In this document: positions 20,683 through 34,300 of the stretch, piece by piece
How the letters are laid out: each line of letters begins with the position of its first letter
Numbering within the stretch: position 1 is the first letter of the stretch
Assembly: GCA_964016885.1 (NCBI GenBank)
Contig: OZ024741.1
Coordinates: forward strand, 392,088,001 to 392,152,000
Length of the DNA: 64,000 nucleotides
Direction of reading: 5' to 3'
From: Eledone cirrhosa
Lineage: Eukaryota
The notes under the pieces: model-generated
The model's database searches: none
The model's input: the letters and a program-made list of their open reading frames with translations, nothing else
What the model was told of the DNA's origin: nothing
Made by a program: the position numbers and the translations under genes

Positions 20683-23600
20683 AGTAAATAGGGACCTTTT
20701 TTTACATTGGCGGACATCTTTTATATTTATTATTGTGTTATTTTTTGACAATTGCTCGAAATGAATACTGATAATAAAAGCAATTCGCCTTTATCAAACA
20801 GTGAACTACAGCGGCGACGGCGTGCAGCCAGCAATGAAGAAAAACGGGCCGAATAGCGCCATTGGAACGCCGAACTTCAGAGGCAAAGATGTGCCGCCAT
20901 GAATGAAGAGGAGCTGGCTGAACAATGCCAACGAAACACTGGAGCCAAGCAGCGACGGCGTGCTGTGATGGTTGAAGATGAACTGGCTGAGCATCATCAG
21001 CAGATGGCCAGAATTCAGCAGCAACGGCGTGCTGCGATGGATGAAGAGGAGCTGGCTGAACAGCGCCAGTGCAATACAGAAGTTCAGAGAATGTGTCGCC
21101 AAAGTGCTCCTCATTCCAGTAAAGAGGTTAGAAGGCGAACGAATGATATTAAAAATGGATCATGGCAACCGTGTCATTTTCAGATTGGTGGACGAGCAGA
21201 GTGTCCACATTGTGGAGCATTGCTTTGGAGGCACGAAAAGACGTGGACCACAATGTGCTGTCATAAAGGAGCAGTTCAACTAGAACCCTTGCGAATGCCG
21301 GATGATGAGGAGTCAGCGGAGTTTAAAATACTAAGTATGTGGGGTGATCAAGGAGACCAAGGTAGATTACTGCGCAAATGTTCGCGGCAAATTAACAATT
21401 CATTAGCTTTAGCATTGCAGAGAGTTAGTGAGATGTTTGAGAGTGGAGCATGGCAACCGAATGTAGTCATTCAAGGCCGTTGGTATCATTGTATCGGTAA
21501 TTTAGAAGTTACCCCAGGAGAGAGGCCTCGATTCGCTCAAATTTACGTTAACGATCCAGATTATAGTGAATCGGAGGAGGATATCAGGATCGGTTGGATG
21601 AAGTTGCCGGGAAATATAACTGAACTTGAACGGCAAAGGTTAAGTGATTTGATCCGTGATTTGCAATCATGGCTTAGGCAGTGTAATCCTTATGTTATGG
21701 ATTTCATGTTATGGATTTCATGTTGGTGGCTGAACTGCAAAATGTTCAGCAGCAAACATTGGTGATTAAGGCTGCCGCAGTGCCAAGGAATCAACACGAA
21801 CGGCGATATAATGCCCCTGAAGGATTTCGTGAAGTTGCTGTGTTGATGGACGATAAGCATGGATCGAGAGATATCGTCCTCAATCGCAGAGATGGTGGTC
21901 TCAAGACTATCAATGAGTCAAATAGGGCATACGATCGATTGCATTATGTTCTTTTATTCCCAAAAGGTGAAAATGGATGGAACATGTCTGTTCATTTAGA
22001 TGATCATGAGAATCAGCATCAACAGAGAGGTGGCAATAGACACAATAATTCGATTTGCGATTTTTACGTGAACGAGAGGAATCAACAGAGAAATGCGCAG
22101 ATTGTTCCAGGAATACTGTTGTATGGCATTCGCAAAGATCGAAAATCAAAAGCTAAATTATATAGCTACATATCAGCAACATATCATAGCTGAATTGTAT
22201 AATAATATACAGGATACTATAACAGCCGATGATGCCAATTACAAGCAAATTGGACAACAGCCAAAGGACCGTCCTGATATTGTGGCAAGAGTATTCAAAG
22301 GATATCTGAAAAAGATAATGGATGATGTGGAAAAAGAGGGAATCTTTGGAGGTATAGTTGCTTTTACATACGTAATTGAATTCCAAAAAAGAGGATTGCC
22401 ACATGCACATTTGCTGATCATTTTACATAGAGATTGCAAATTGAGATGTGCTGAGGATGTCGACAGCATTGTGTGTGCTGAACTTCCGGAGAATGAGGCA
22501 CTACGCAACTTGGTGGCAAAGTCAATGATGCACAACCAATGCGGAGTGGCAAATCGGAAAGCACCTTGCATGAAAAATGGCCAATGCAGTAAGCACTTTC
22601 CGAAATCTTTTGTCACGAACATTTCCTGGAACGATGAGGATGCTCATCCCTCATACAGAAGACGGTCGTCTGCCGATGGCGGTTTGGTCGAAAATGTAAA
22701 CACAATCCATATTTGATTATGAAATATCGTTGTCATATTAATGTGGAAATTTGTAGCTCAGTGAAAGCTTGCAAATATCTATTCAAATATGTTTACAAAG
22801 GTCATGATCGGGCAATGATCAATGTCAGGAATGAGGAAGCGAACCAAGGAGATGAAGTTGGAAGGTTCCAGGATGTTCGCTCGATTGGATCTAGCGAAGC
22901 TTGCTGGAGATTGTTCGATTTTGATCTCAATGAACGCAAACCCAGCGTTCAGAAACTGACGAGTCACTTAGAGAATAGGCAAAGGGTCTGTTTTCAGGAC
23001 ACTAGAAGAGGTGTCGAAAGAATTGCTAACGCACCACCTCCTAAGACGGAATTGACTGAGTGGTTCAAGCATAATAGGGAACATGCTTTGAACCCGGATC
23101 AAAAGCAACTCTACTGCGATTTCCCTTCGCACTATACGTAGGATAAGAAGGGAAAGAAATGGAATGATAGAAAACAAAAGTTGAGATTCATGACTATTGG
23201 ACGGGTTTGTAATGTCCATCCAGCATCTGGTGATGTGTTTTATCTCCGAATTCTGTTGCATAATGATTTTTCGAGAAGTAAACAGAGCTTCGCTGATTTG
23301 AAAACAATCAATGGCATGGAATATGAAACATACCAGGCTGTGTGTCAGCATCTGGGACTCCTTCAGGATGACGCTGAATGGAATAATGCCATGGAAGCTG
23401 CAGGAACAACACAGATGCCAGCTCAAATAAGGCAGTTGTTTGTCACGATTCTAGGATTCTGCAATCCTGCCGAAGAGAGTTATTTGAACGCCCATGGGGA
23501 ATTATGTCTTATGATTTTAGGCATCATCTTCAGGTCGATGATGAAAATGTGATGAAAGCTATTGTTTTGCTCAATATTGAGCAACTGCTTGAAGTTCATT

Positions 23601-25715
23601 TCAAATGTTTAACAGATTTCAATTTGCCAATTCCTGATGAAGAAATGCGGCAACGTGTCTTAGCATTGAACATGAGATTGCAGCTTAGACGGGTGCCACT
23701 CGATCAGAGGGAACTATTCCAGTTTGATCCACTGGAACAGCAACGTATTGTGGATGAACGTATGCCAATGTTGACCCAATCTCAGAGAGAATTGGTTGAT
23801 GGCGTTCTCCACTCGATTTCTACTAATGAGCAACTTTGTGCTTTCATAGATGCTCCAAGACATTCTGTTTCAACACTATGTTATCAGCAGTCAGAGCTCA
23901 GAGGAAGATTGCTCTCCCTGTGGCCACCAGTGGGATCGCTGCCACTTTGCTAAGTGGTGGAAGGACCTTCCATTCATGCTTCAAGGCTCCATTGGCTCCG
24001 GATGAGTTGAGTGTCTGTAACATTACAGGACAAAGTGAACTCGCGGGCCTTATACGCAATACGTCTCTGATTATTTGGGACGAGGCTCCAATGGCACACA
24101 GATATTTGCTGGAGGCATTGGACAGAACTATGAGAGATATCTGCGGTAGTGACCTGCCATTCGGTGGTAAGACTATCGTTCTTGGTGGCGATTTCAGACA
24201 GGTGCTACCAATTGTTAGGAATGCTCAAAGAGCGCAAATTGTCGATGCATGTCTGAAAAAGTCCCCATTGTGGCACCATTTCAGAGTTTTTGCGATTACA
24301 CGATAATATGTGACTTCGTATGATCGGGCAAAACGAAGAGGTTGAGACATACGGCCGATGGTTGATGCAGTTGGGAAACGATGAATTGCCACACATTGGA
24401 GATAATCAGACTGTAAGAATCCCAGACCATTTGGTTATGCCACTGGACCACCAAGCACTGATTGACTGGGTGTTCCCTAATTTGAATGCTTTTTGGCAGA
24501 ATATCTCCTGGATATCGGAACGCGTTATTTTAACTCATAAGAATGCAACGGTCGATGAAATAAATTCACAAGTAGCCGGAATGTTTCCTGGAGAGGAATG
24601 GTTGACCGTCAGTGGGGATGCAATGGAGCCTAATCAGTAGAACAATATGGATGTTCCGACTGAGTATCTGAATTCACTTCAAATACCTGGATTTCCCCCA
24701 CATATTTTGAGGTTGAAAAAGGTTTCAACCTCAAAATATGTGGGGGAAATCCGGGGAATGCCGATTATATTGCTTAGAAATATCAATCATAAAATGGGTC
24801 TTTGCAATGGTACCTGATTGATTGTTGAGAGATTGATTAACGGAAGAGTTTTAGAAGCTAAACTCCCAGGCAGAGAGGAATCGGTTCTCATTCCGAGGAT
24901 CATGCTGAGACCAAGTGAAGATCTGCTGCCATTCATTTGGCAAAGGAGACAGTTTCCCGTCAATTTGGCCTTCTCCATGACTGTCAACAAGGCACAGGGA
25001 CAGACTTTCAAGCAAGTCGGTGTCTACTTGAATGATCCAGCATTCAGCCATGGGCAACAGTATGTTGCTGCATCTCGAGTGTGCGATCCTTATGGTATAA
25101 AATTTGCAATTGATACCACTAACAGAGGAACAACCCTGAATATTGTCTATAATGAAGCTTTGAGCTAATGTATGCATATCTTTAATGCTATCAATAAGCG
25201 ACGTAAATGATTCGGACATTGGTGTCCTTTGATCAGTATTGTGAGCTTTGACAGAGTTATCATTTATGTTCAATGTCATTTAATGTTGTTATGAGCAATA
25301 AAAACCAACAAGTATTGGTAGAAATTGCCTTCAAATTTATCGCTCCTGATAGCGGTGGTAATAAAACCTCATCATATGCCGAGTCTGGCAAAAAGGTTGG
25401 ATCCTATGGCCGGCCAGGGCTAGAGTAATATTGAAAAACGATTCTATTTTCAAAGTAGAAGGATCCGCCATTTGGAGTTCAAACCAGGCCACCTCCCCGA
25501 GTTGAACTCTGGGCAACATTGACTGTCTATTACTCAATGGCTAAGAGCCTGGAAATTACTGAATAAATTTTTGTGTCATATAATTTGTTGTTTTATTATT
25601 ATAGCTGACCACTTATAGATAAGCATGTTAACCATATCCAAATTAATTTGGCATTTGTATAAACCATTTCTAGTAAATAGGGACCTTTTTTACATTGACG
25701 GACATCTTTTATATT
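20683..25715 (+). mobile_element. Helitron B, nearly complete Rep/Helicase element bracketed by a ~44-bp direct repeat
   Basis: Repeat at 20683-20727 and 25672-25715; palindrome CCAAATTAATTTGG at 25638-25651; CTAG at 25670-25673. Confidence 0.8.
20761..25168 (+). pseudogene. Helitron Rep/Helicase (23-aa repeats, Zn finger, HUH Rep, Pif1 helicase) with multiple frameshifts and stops
   Basis: CPHCGALLW..MCCHKG, RFAQIY, YDRLHYVLLFP, EFQKRGLPHAHLL, KYLFKYVYKG, SGIAATLLSGGRTFHS, IIWDEAPM, GDFRQVLP, FSMTVNKAQGQT, FSHGQQYVAASRV. Confidence 0.95.
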
Positions 25716-25720
25716 AATTA

Positions 25721-26058
25721 TCTATATCTATATCTACATATAATATAAAAGATTGGAACTTCCATCATCCTTTTGAGAAATGTGGAACAACCACATTTTA
25801 CAGTCAGGCAGAAGATGAACCATCTAGAGGTCACTATTCTAGGTGGGAGCACCTAGAATTGTTCATATACTATGCACAAACGGTACAACGAAGAATCTGG
25901 TATATCTGGAAGATTTTTTTAACTGTTTCTTGTATCACACAGACACCACGGACTCGCCTCATACTGTAACCAGACAAACATCCAATACAGTCATTTTCTC
26001 TTTTACCTGTCTTCTCTTATCATCTGTTTACCCGGGCGAAGCTGGGTACGTCAGCTAG
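25721..26058 (+). mobile_element. Mini non-autonomous Helitron (338 bp)
   Basis: A|TCTATATC start; helicase C-terminal remnants (NGTTKNLVY); hairpin ACCCGGGCGAAGCTGGGT and CTAG|T. Confidence 0.8.
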
Positions 26059-26970
26059 TTTAGTTAATGGAGCGAGTATAGGGTGCACCCTCAGAGTTCT
26101 CGGCTTTGCTGGTGAATATTATCATGTCTAGCTTTGGAGGTAACATTTATATTTTTCTTATGGTTTTTGATGTTTTGAAGGAATATGGTGGTGAGAACTG
26201 CCTGGAATTATTCTTTTTTTTAGTTAACTGGAGAATGGGGGGTGGGGGGGTTCCTCCATCTAACTAAGCATGATTCTTAATATAGGTGTATATGAAGGCA
26301 TATACAATATGTTAATGTATAATAAACACACGTCTTGCTATGAATGTTTTAAACTGTGATCATGTCACAGCACCAAACCAAGCTCAGGGTCAAAGAATAT
26401 TCGCTTTTAAAAGATGCTTTAAACAATGAAGGCTTACTCAATGCACAAGAATTAGGTAGGGCTGTTGGAAGTGTAAGATATTGGAAGGAAAGAACTCAAG
26501 ATGCAGTGTGTTATGTGAGAGAATACAGTTGGCCTGATTTATTTATAACATTCACGTTCAGTCCTAAATGGGATGAAATGAAAGAGAATATACACTAAGG
26601 GCAAAAACCCGAAGATAGGCATGACATAATTGCCAGAGTTTTCAAAGAAAAGTTGAATAAAATAATGAAAATATTGGTTGATAAGAGAGGTGGAATATTT
26701 GGCAAAACAAAGGCCTACATATATACAGGAGAACAGCAGAAAAGAGGTTTACCACATGCTCATATCTTACTTCGGTTAGAGCAAACAATTTATCCAAACC
26801 AATTAAATTCAGTAATCTCTGCAGAAATTCCCAATCCAATTAATGATCCTAATCTTTATGAGATTGTCACTACACAAATTGTTCATGGTCCATGTGGTTT
26901 ATTTAATCCGCAATGTCCATGTATGAATAATGGAAAATGTATGAAAAATTACCCCAAATATTTAATTAAT

Positions 26971-27152
26971 TGTTTCTACTTTTGGCACTAGGCCAGCAAT
27001 TACCCAGTGCATTACTGGTACTTTATTTTATCGACCCCGTAAGGATGAAAGGCAAAGTCAACCCCGGCGGGATTTGAACTCAGATTGTTAAGGGACGTAA
27101 CTATGCTGGAAAGCATGGCGTCCGACCCTCTACCGATACTGCCAATCCACCA
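26971..27152 (-). mobile_element. tRNA-derived SINE (family 1) with 18-bp TSD
   Basis: TSD CCCAAATATTTAATTAAT at 26953-26970 and 27153-27170. Confidence 0.93.
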
Positions 27153-27813
27153 CCCAAATATTTAATTAATGAAACCAGGACAGATGTCAAAGGATATCCA
27201 TAATATGGACAGAGAAAAACAGAAGATGGAGAAAGAACAATAACAAGAAACACAAAAACTTAAACAATTGACAATAGGTGGATTGTACCTTACAATCCAT
27301 TGCTTTTGAAAGTATTTAAAGGCCACATCAAAGTAGAACTTTGTTCCTCTGTTAGAGCTATAGTATATATAACTAAGTACTTTAATAAAGGTGACGATGC
27401 TGCTGTTCTAAGAATACGGAATAATGACCAATATAATGAAGTCAATAAGTTGGTAACAGGACATTATCTCAATAGTAATGAGGCTGCATGGAAAATCCTT
27501 CAATTTAATATTCACATGTGATACCCAACTGTTCAACAATTGGATATACATGTAGAAAATGGCCAAAGATTATACTTTACCAGTAATGATATTGAACAAA
27601 GAATTAGAAATAAAAAAAAATACTACTTTAATTTCATTCTTCAAATTAAACGAAATTGATGAACATGCAAGTTTCTTATGTAAGGATCATTCCATCTCAT
27701 TATACTCTTATTTCCAATAAAACATGGAAAAGAAGATTGAATGGTAGATTTGTGCTAACATGTTCTATAATTTACACTGTACCACCTAATCAAACAGGGT
27801 GTTATTATCTCAG

Positions 27814-27998
27814 CGGTGGTGGATTGGCAGTATCGGTAGAGGGTCGGACGCCATGCTTTCCAGCATAGTTACGTCCCTTTACGATCTGAGTTCAAATCCC
27901 GCCGAGGTTGACTTTGCCTTTCATCCTTACGGGGTCGATAAAATAAAGTACCAGTAATGCACTGGGTATTTGCTGGCCTTGTGCCTAAAGTAGAAACA
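27814..27998 (+). mobile_element. tRNA-derived SINE (family 1) with TSD
   Basis: TSD ATTATCTCAG at 27804-27813 and 27999-28008; A and B boxes. Confidence 0.93.
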
Positions 27999-30240
27999 AT
28001 TATCTCAGATTATTGCTAGAGGTCCAAAATCTTTCAGAGTCATAAAAATATGTTTGGCCAGGGGGTTGTTAGATGACAATCATCTAAAACTAGCACTTAG
28101 AGAAACTGTTTCTACCAAACTGCCATATCAGGTGAGATACTTATTTGCAATAATTCTAATTCATTGCAATCCTTCTGATCCTGTAGTATTATATGAAGAA
28201 TTTAAACAACCAATGTCAGTTGAGATTCTAAATCGATTGGCAATCAACAAGAAGAAATATTATACTGTGAACTTTTACACAAACTTAAAGCTCTTTTATA
28301 TGAAATAGGATAAAAGGCTTTAATTGAAATAGGGCTGTCTGAACCAACTTATGAAGAACTAGAAGGAAACAATATTGAAAGAGTAAATAAACACTTAGAA
28401 ATAAGAAACTTTGTAGATGTGAATGAACCATTGTTAAATGAAGAACAAAGACTTATTTACACTATAATCAATGATTCAATAACCAATAAAAATGAACAAA
28501 CCTTATACTTTTTAGATGCTAGAAACACATCGTTGATCAATCTTTTACTAGCAAATAATAAAATGAATGGTTCTATTAGTATAGCTGTTGCTTTTTCAGG
28601 AATAGCAGCAACTTCAATAGATAATGGAAAAACAGTACATTCAATGTTTAAATTACATTTTCTTCATTAATACTTGATGAATTCACATCAATTAGAAAAA
28701 AGTCGAATTTGGATAACCTTAGAAATTTGTAATTTATTAGTATGGGATGAAGTTACAATATCACACAAAAAGATTTTAGAGGCTGTTGATAAAACATTGA
28801 AAGAGATTAAAAATAATAATTTACCTTTTGGTTTTACTAGCTGGTGGTTTTAGACAAATACTTCCAGTAGTACCAAGAGGTACAAAAGCTGATGAAATAT
28901 ATACATCTATCATTTATGGTTATTATTCCACAAATTGTCATTAAGAATTAATATGAAAGTGCATATCCTAAGAAATAATGACTTACAGAATTTTGCAAGT
29001 AAACTATTAGAAATAGGAGAAAAAAGGATCCCAAGTGATGACAATCACTTGATATTATTACCAGTGGGAAATAGTGTTGAGAATGAAATTGATTTAGAAA
29101 CATTTATCTTTGAGGACATTGCAATTAATTACACTAATACAGAATGGATGTCAGGCAGAATAATTTTAGCTACTAAAAATGAGAATGTTGATGCTATTAA
29201 TATGCAATTAACAAAGTAGGAGAACATAGATTAAGAACCTACAATTCTATAGATCAAGTAGTGGATATAAATGAAGCAGTAGATTTTCTGGTTGATTTCT
29301 TAAATTCATTAGAATTATCAGGATTTCCACTACATGAATTGAATTTGAAGGAAGGAGCTCCAATTATTCTTTTGAAAAATTTACAAATTCCAAAGTTATA
29401 CAATGGAACAAGGTTAATAGTGGAATCCCTTACAAATAATATAATTGAAGCAAAAATACTAAATGGAAAGTACAAAAATAAATTAGTATTATTACCAAGA
29501 ATTAACTTACTTAGCCAGTGAGGTTTACAAGATTACAATTTCTAGTTAAACTATCTTCTGTTATCACAATAAATAAATCACAAGGTTCTGTTGGTGTCTA
29601 GCCACAGATATTCATTTCTTTTACTGGACTTTGGTCAAATACACTTTCATGTTTTTAGTCAATCATATTTGCTCCAGTATTTATTTTAGTCTGGTACTTA
29701 TTTTATTGATCTCTATTTATTGAACTGCTAATTTACAGGACATAAAAAGACATAACATAAACATTGGTTTTTAGATCAGTGTAAATACACATAAGCACAC
29801 ATATGACAGGCTTCTGTGCAGTTTCTATCTATCGAAGTCCAATCAACAGATATTGGTGAACCCAAAGTGTCATCCAATGGGATTGAACCTCTAACCACAT
29901 GGTCATGAAGTAAATTTCTTAACCAGGCAACCAAGTCTTGCTGGGGTTCTCATAGAATAGTTTGGTATGTTCAACTGATGGGAGTGTTGTTACTTGAGAT
30001 GTCAAAAAGTAGAAAAATCAAATGTTAAAGATTCACATGTATCTCACAACTGACTAGATTGTTGGAGCCACCAGTCAGCAAAGCTGTCTCTGCTAGAAGT
30101 AGCAACCAAATTTTCTTCAAAAGAAAAAAAAAAAGGTCGTATAATGTGTTTTTAATTACATAGATTTTGCCTATGTACTGACAGGACCTGACAAAATTGT
30201 ATGTAATGTGGTCATTAAATTCATATTTATATACATGCAC

Positions 30241-30490
30241 GTGTTGTTTCCTTGAGCAAGACACTTTATTTCACATTGCTCCAGTTTACTCAGCTGTAGA
30301 AATGAGATGATAGGGACTGGGGTCCATATCATTCCACTGCAAAGTGGTCGTGGAGGTGCCACGGCAAAAAAGCACCCAGCACTCACTGTAAATGAGGTTG
30401 GTGTTAGGAAGGGCATCCAGCTGTAGAAATCAAGCCAGAATCAGTTCCCTCCCACTCTTGCAAGCAGGGAAAAGTGGACGTAAAATGAAA
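30241..30490 (+). mobile_element. SINE family 2, 5'-truncated copy
   Basis: High identity to 19432-19735. Confidence 0.8.
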
Positions 30491-31079
30491 AATGAAAAAC
30501 ACACTCATAGACTCCAAACTCACCACTATTGTATAAAGACCAAGCATAAAAAGCAGCTGCAGAGGGACTCATTGAAAAGGATCCAAATCAATCAAATAAT
30601 AATAAAGAAATCAATTACAATCTGTGTGTGTCTTTATTGGCAGAATGACTTTCCCAAAATACAGCAATAATAATTGTTTCTGATTTAGGTACAGGGCCAA
30701 CAATTTTTAGGGAAGGGAAAGTGGATTAAATCGGCCCCAGTGCGTGATTGGTGATTTATAAATACAACAATAATAATAGTGTTTTAGTTTGCTTGAAGCA
30801 TTGTGGGATATGAAAAGTGGGTATGTTTAGGAAGCTGCTACAATGTAGATGAGGTAAATATTGAGGTAACAAAGTCAGATAATAGCGATAAAGATGAATG
30901 GAAAAAGGGAAGAAAAAAAAAAAAGAGAGACTTTGTTGCCTTCATAATATTTATTATCCCTGATATTTTGAATTTACCTCTGCATTGTCAAGGGAACTTT
31001 GCATGTATCAGAGAGTACCATTCTGTATAGTTATGACTGTGTCCCACATGTGCACTTCATTCAGATGAATCTTACTTCT

Positions 31080-31430
31080 AACATTGCCACAAGGCCAGAT
31101 ATTTGGATGGAGGACTTAGTCACTAAATCAACCCTAGTATTTGACTGGTACTTTATGGAAGGATGAAAAGACAAAGTTGACTTTGGCAGAATTTGAACTC
31201 ATAACATAAAGAGCCAGAATAAATACCACAAGGCATTTTGTACAATGCACTAATGATTTTAACAAAATATTAGTAGTGTATTTGTGGCAAATTGGCAGTC
31301 ATTAGAATGTAGATAGAATGCTTTGCGGTATTCGTTTCTGCTCTCTGAGTTCAAATCCCACTGAGTTCAACTTTGTCTTTCATCTATCTGAGGTTGATAA
31401 AAATAAGTACCAGTCAAGTACTGGGGTCGA
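31080..31430. mobile_element. Two diverged family-1-like SINEs, head to head (about 31080-31260 minus, 31283-31430 plus)
   Basis: GGATGAAA.G.CAAAGTTGAC..GAATTTGAACTC and its inverse GAGTTCAAATCCC..CTTTCATC..GATAAAA. Confidence 0.65.
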
Positions 31431-31673
31431 TTCTTCTTCTATATCACTTTCTCTGGAAGAAATCTGCTGTATTCAGACCTGTTGAGGAGATAGGCTCCTC
31501 CAGGTTTAAAAATGTTCTAGAAATGTCAACTGTCAATACAGCACCCCTATGACTCCCTCATGAGTTACGGGACCATGCATGCATGTATGAGTAAATTGTT
31601 AATACATTTAACAAAATTATTCTTACTGCCCCAAACGACCAAAAACCAATTGCATATTTTTTTTTTTCTCTAG

Positions 31674-31785
31674 ATAATTGCAGTGGTGTCCAAGTCTTTA
31701 GAAAAGGCTAAGAAATTGGCTGAAGAATTTAATATACCTAATGTGTATGACAGCTATGAAGAATTTGCCAAAAATCCTGACATAG
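31674..31785 (+). CDS. DHDH: Dihydrodiol dehydrogenase, coding exon 2
   Basis: Polypyrimidine tract plus TAG acceptor; IIAVVSKSLEKAKKLAEEFNIPNVYDSYEEFAKNPDI; 112 bp, donor GTATGA, phase 0 to 1. Confidence 0.9.
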
Positions 31786-32499
31786 GTATGAAGCAATTTT
31801 ATTATTAGCCTAATCTTGAATATATTATTTTATAAAGTTTTAAAATATTTTAATTTATTCAAATTGATTTTAGTTTTAATCCATTTGTCTCCTCTCAAAC
31901 ATCTCTATGATTTCCCCATATACATTCTAATTATACAGATTGTTGTCAGTAGACTAATTGTACAAATTAGAACCAGATAATACATTAGTTTATCATCATC
32001 ATCATCATCATCATCATCATTTAACATCTATTTTCTATACTTGCATAGGTTAGACAAGCTGTCGTGTTATGGGACTAGCTAGGTCAGATGACCCTGTCTT
32101 TGACTTAGTTTTCTATGGTTGGATGCTCTTCCTAATACCACATTACAGTGTACTGTGAACTTTTTTCATGGTCCACCGCTACCACTTTATAGAGTGGACA
32201 GTGCTTTTCATTGTGGCACTAGTATGACCACCTTACTGCGTGGACTGGGTGCTTTTTGACATGGCACCAGCACGACCACTTTACAGGCTGCTTTTCCATG
32301 CTGTAAGGATTTGATTGAAGGGAGAGGGAGGGCTGCCTTTCCATGATGGTTAGAATTGTTGGATGCACAAGGTGGGGTGGAGATTGAGGGAGTAAGTGGA
32401 GGAGGTCTAAGGTGGGTACTTAGAAAATGAGGTGGGGTAATATGAAGTTGGGGGAGGTGTATGAGGGACATTGATTCAGGCTGTTTTCTTCAGGTTTGT

Positions 32500-33840
32500 T
32501 TCATCCTATACACATGGGAAGGCAGGTATTCTGCAGTATAGCATATCACCAGAAAAGTTGAGTTTGAATCATCTCCTTTGAGAAGTTTAATTGCATGGGG
32601 TCAGCTTTTACCACATGATTCCAAGATTTCCGAGGGCTTTTTCTTTGATAGTTTCCAACAATTTTGAGTTCCCTGCACCTTTTTATACAGCTGCCATCCT
32701 CTATATGCATCACATGTTCTTACCCTTGGCAGTCTCTTCTCTTGCACACTGTATCGGATCCCTCTTATCCCCAGTTTCTCTCTGAGTTCAATGATGCTTT
32801 ATCATTAATGTATACTGCTATTAAACATCCATCAAATCATGCTTGCCACATTTTTTTCTTTGCACAAGGTCTTGAGCCCAAGTTTCAATACCATACAGCA
32901 TTTCCATTCACATACATGCATCATACAATCTGCCTTTCATTTTGAGGGAAAATCCTTTTGTAGTTATCAGTGGCAGTAGCTCCCTGAACTTTTTCCATCC
33001 CGTTCTCTCTCAGGCAATTGTACTTATGGAACACCTACCTCCACTGTTAATTTGGTCATCCACTGAACAGGGCCATTTCCTTGAGGGCCATTTCCTTGAG
33101 GGGATCAGAGTCCTGTATATTTTGCTACTATATCTAACCTTCTCCAGGTCAATCAAAGATAGATATTGTGGATTCTAGGAACTTCTCTTGCAATTGTCTC
33201 ACTCTGAAAAGGGTTTCAGTGATACTCTGTCCAGGCATCAAACCAAACTGCATTTCATCTAAGCTAATTCTTTTTCTAATCTGTGCTAAAACTCTTTCTG
33301 TTACTTTTATAACTTGATGCATCAACCTTTGAAGTTGCTGATTTCTAGAGTATCCCTCTTTCCCTTGTAATAGTTAATGATTATAATGCTATGCAAGTCA
33401 ATGGGTATGGCACCATCATGTATTACCTGATTGACTGTCCAAGTGACTAGCTTGGGTCATACTTCACTGGATATATTCAACCTCTCAGTGACTATCTTTC
33501 ATGGTCTGACTACTTTTCTTTTCATACCCTTAATGGCTCTCAACTTTGATGGGTGGTAGACTTTATTGGGTTAACTGAAGGTAGTCTTTCTTTCATTCAT
33601 TTTCTACTTTCAGAAACCTCTCATAACATTTGCAAGCCACCCACACTTGTTTTTTTAGTGTTAGTGCAGCTAAATACACCAGTGTCATTCTGAATCTACT
33701 TCTCCCCAACAATGTCTGGATTCACACTGACACTTTGTCACACCACAGTCATCCCTCCCAAATCCTAAAAACTCACCACCTAGATCTACCTCCCCAATTC
33801 CCCATGCATCTCCCCCACCCAAGTCTCCAATCCACACTAT
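32500..33840 (-). mobile_element. Decayed RTE-clade LINE fragment
   Basis: Minus-strand remnants QFGLMPG, FIDLEK and GWKKFRELLPLITTKGFSL; homologous to 3625-4175. Confidence 0.75.
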
Positions 33841-33859
33841 GATCACTAAGTGGTCATCT

Positions 33860-34300
33860 TGGTGCCATGACAATGAGTGCCCAGCCCACACCGTAAAGTG
33901 GTTGTGTAGGAGTCATGACAAAAAGTTCCCAGTCCACACTGTATAGTGGTTGTGTAGGTGTCATGACAAAAAGCGCCCAGCACACACTGTAAATGTGGTT
34001 GTGTAGGTGTTATGACAAAAAGCACCTAGTCCACACAGTATAGTGGTTATGTAGGTATCATGACAAAAAGCGCCCAGTCCACACTGTAAAGTGGTCGTGT
34101 AAGTATCACAACAAAAAGCACCCAGTACACACTGTAAATGTGGTTGGCATTAGGAAGGGCACCCAGCTGTAGAAACCAATCCCAAATCAGTTCTGTGTGA
34201 GCAAAAACATGGTCTTCCGACCTGGCTTGACTCATAATGGGACAGTTTATCTAACCCATGCTAGTGTGGAAAATAGACGTTAAATGATGATGATAATGAT
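33860..34300 (+). repeat. SINE family 2-type tail with a ~42-43-bp module expanded to ~6 copies
   Basis: Repeats of ATGACAAAAAGCNCCCAGTCCACACTGTAAAGTGGTTGTGTAGGTGTC, then TAGGAAGGGCACCCAG and a (TGA)n tail. Confidence 0.8.

Larger units (their letters stand above)
26356..29600 (+). pseudogene. Helitron C Rep/Helicase, heavily decayed and AT-rich
   Basis: DLFITFT, QKRGLPHAHIL, VHGPCG, WIVPYNP, YITKYFNKG, SGIAAT, VWDE, LYNGTRL, TINKSQG; two SINE insertions. Confidence 0.9.

Noticed and set aside
27814-27910. tRNA gene
   Set aside because: A and B boxes belong to a multicopy SINE head with TSD; no cloverleaf
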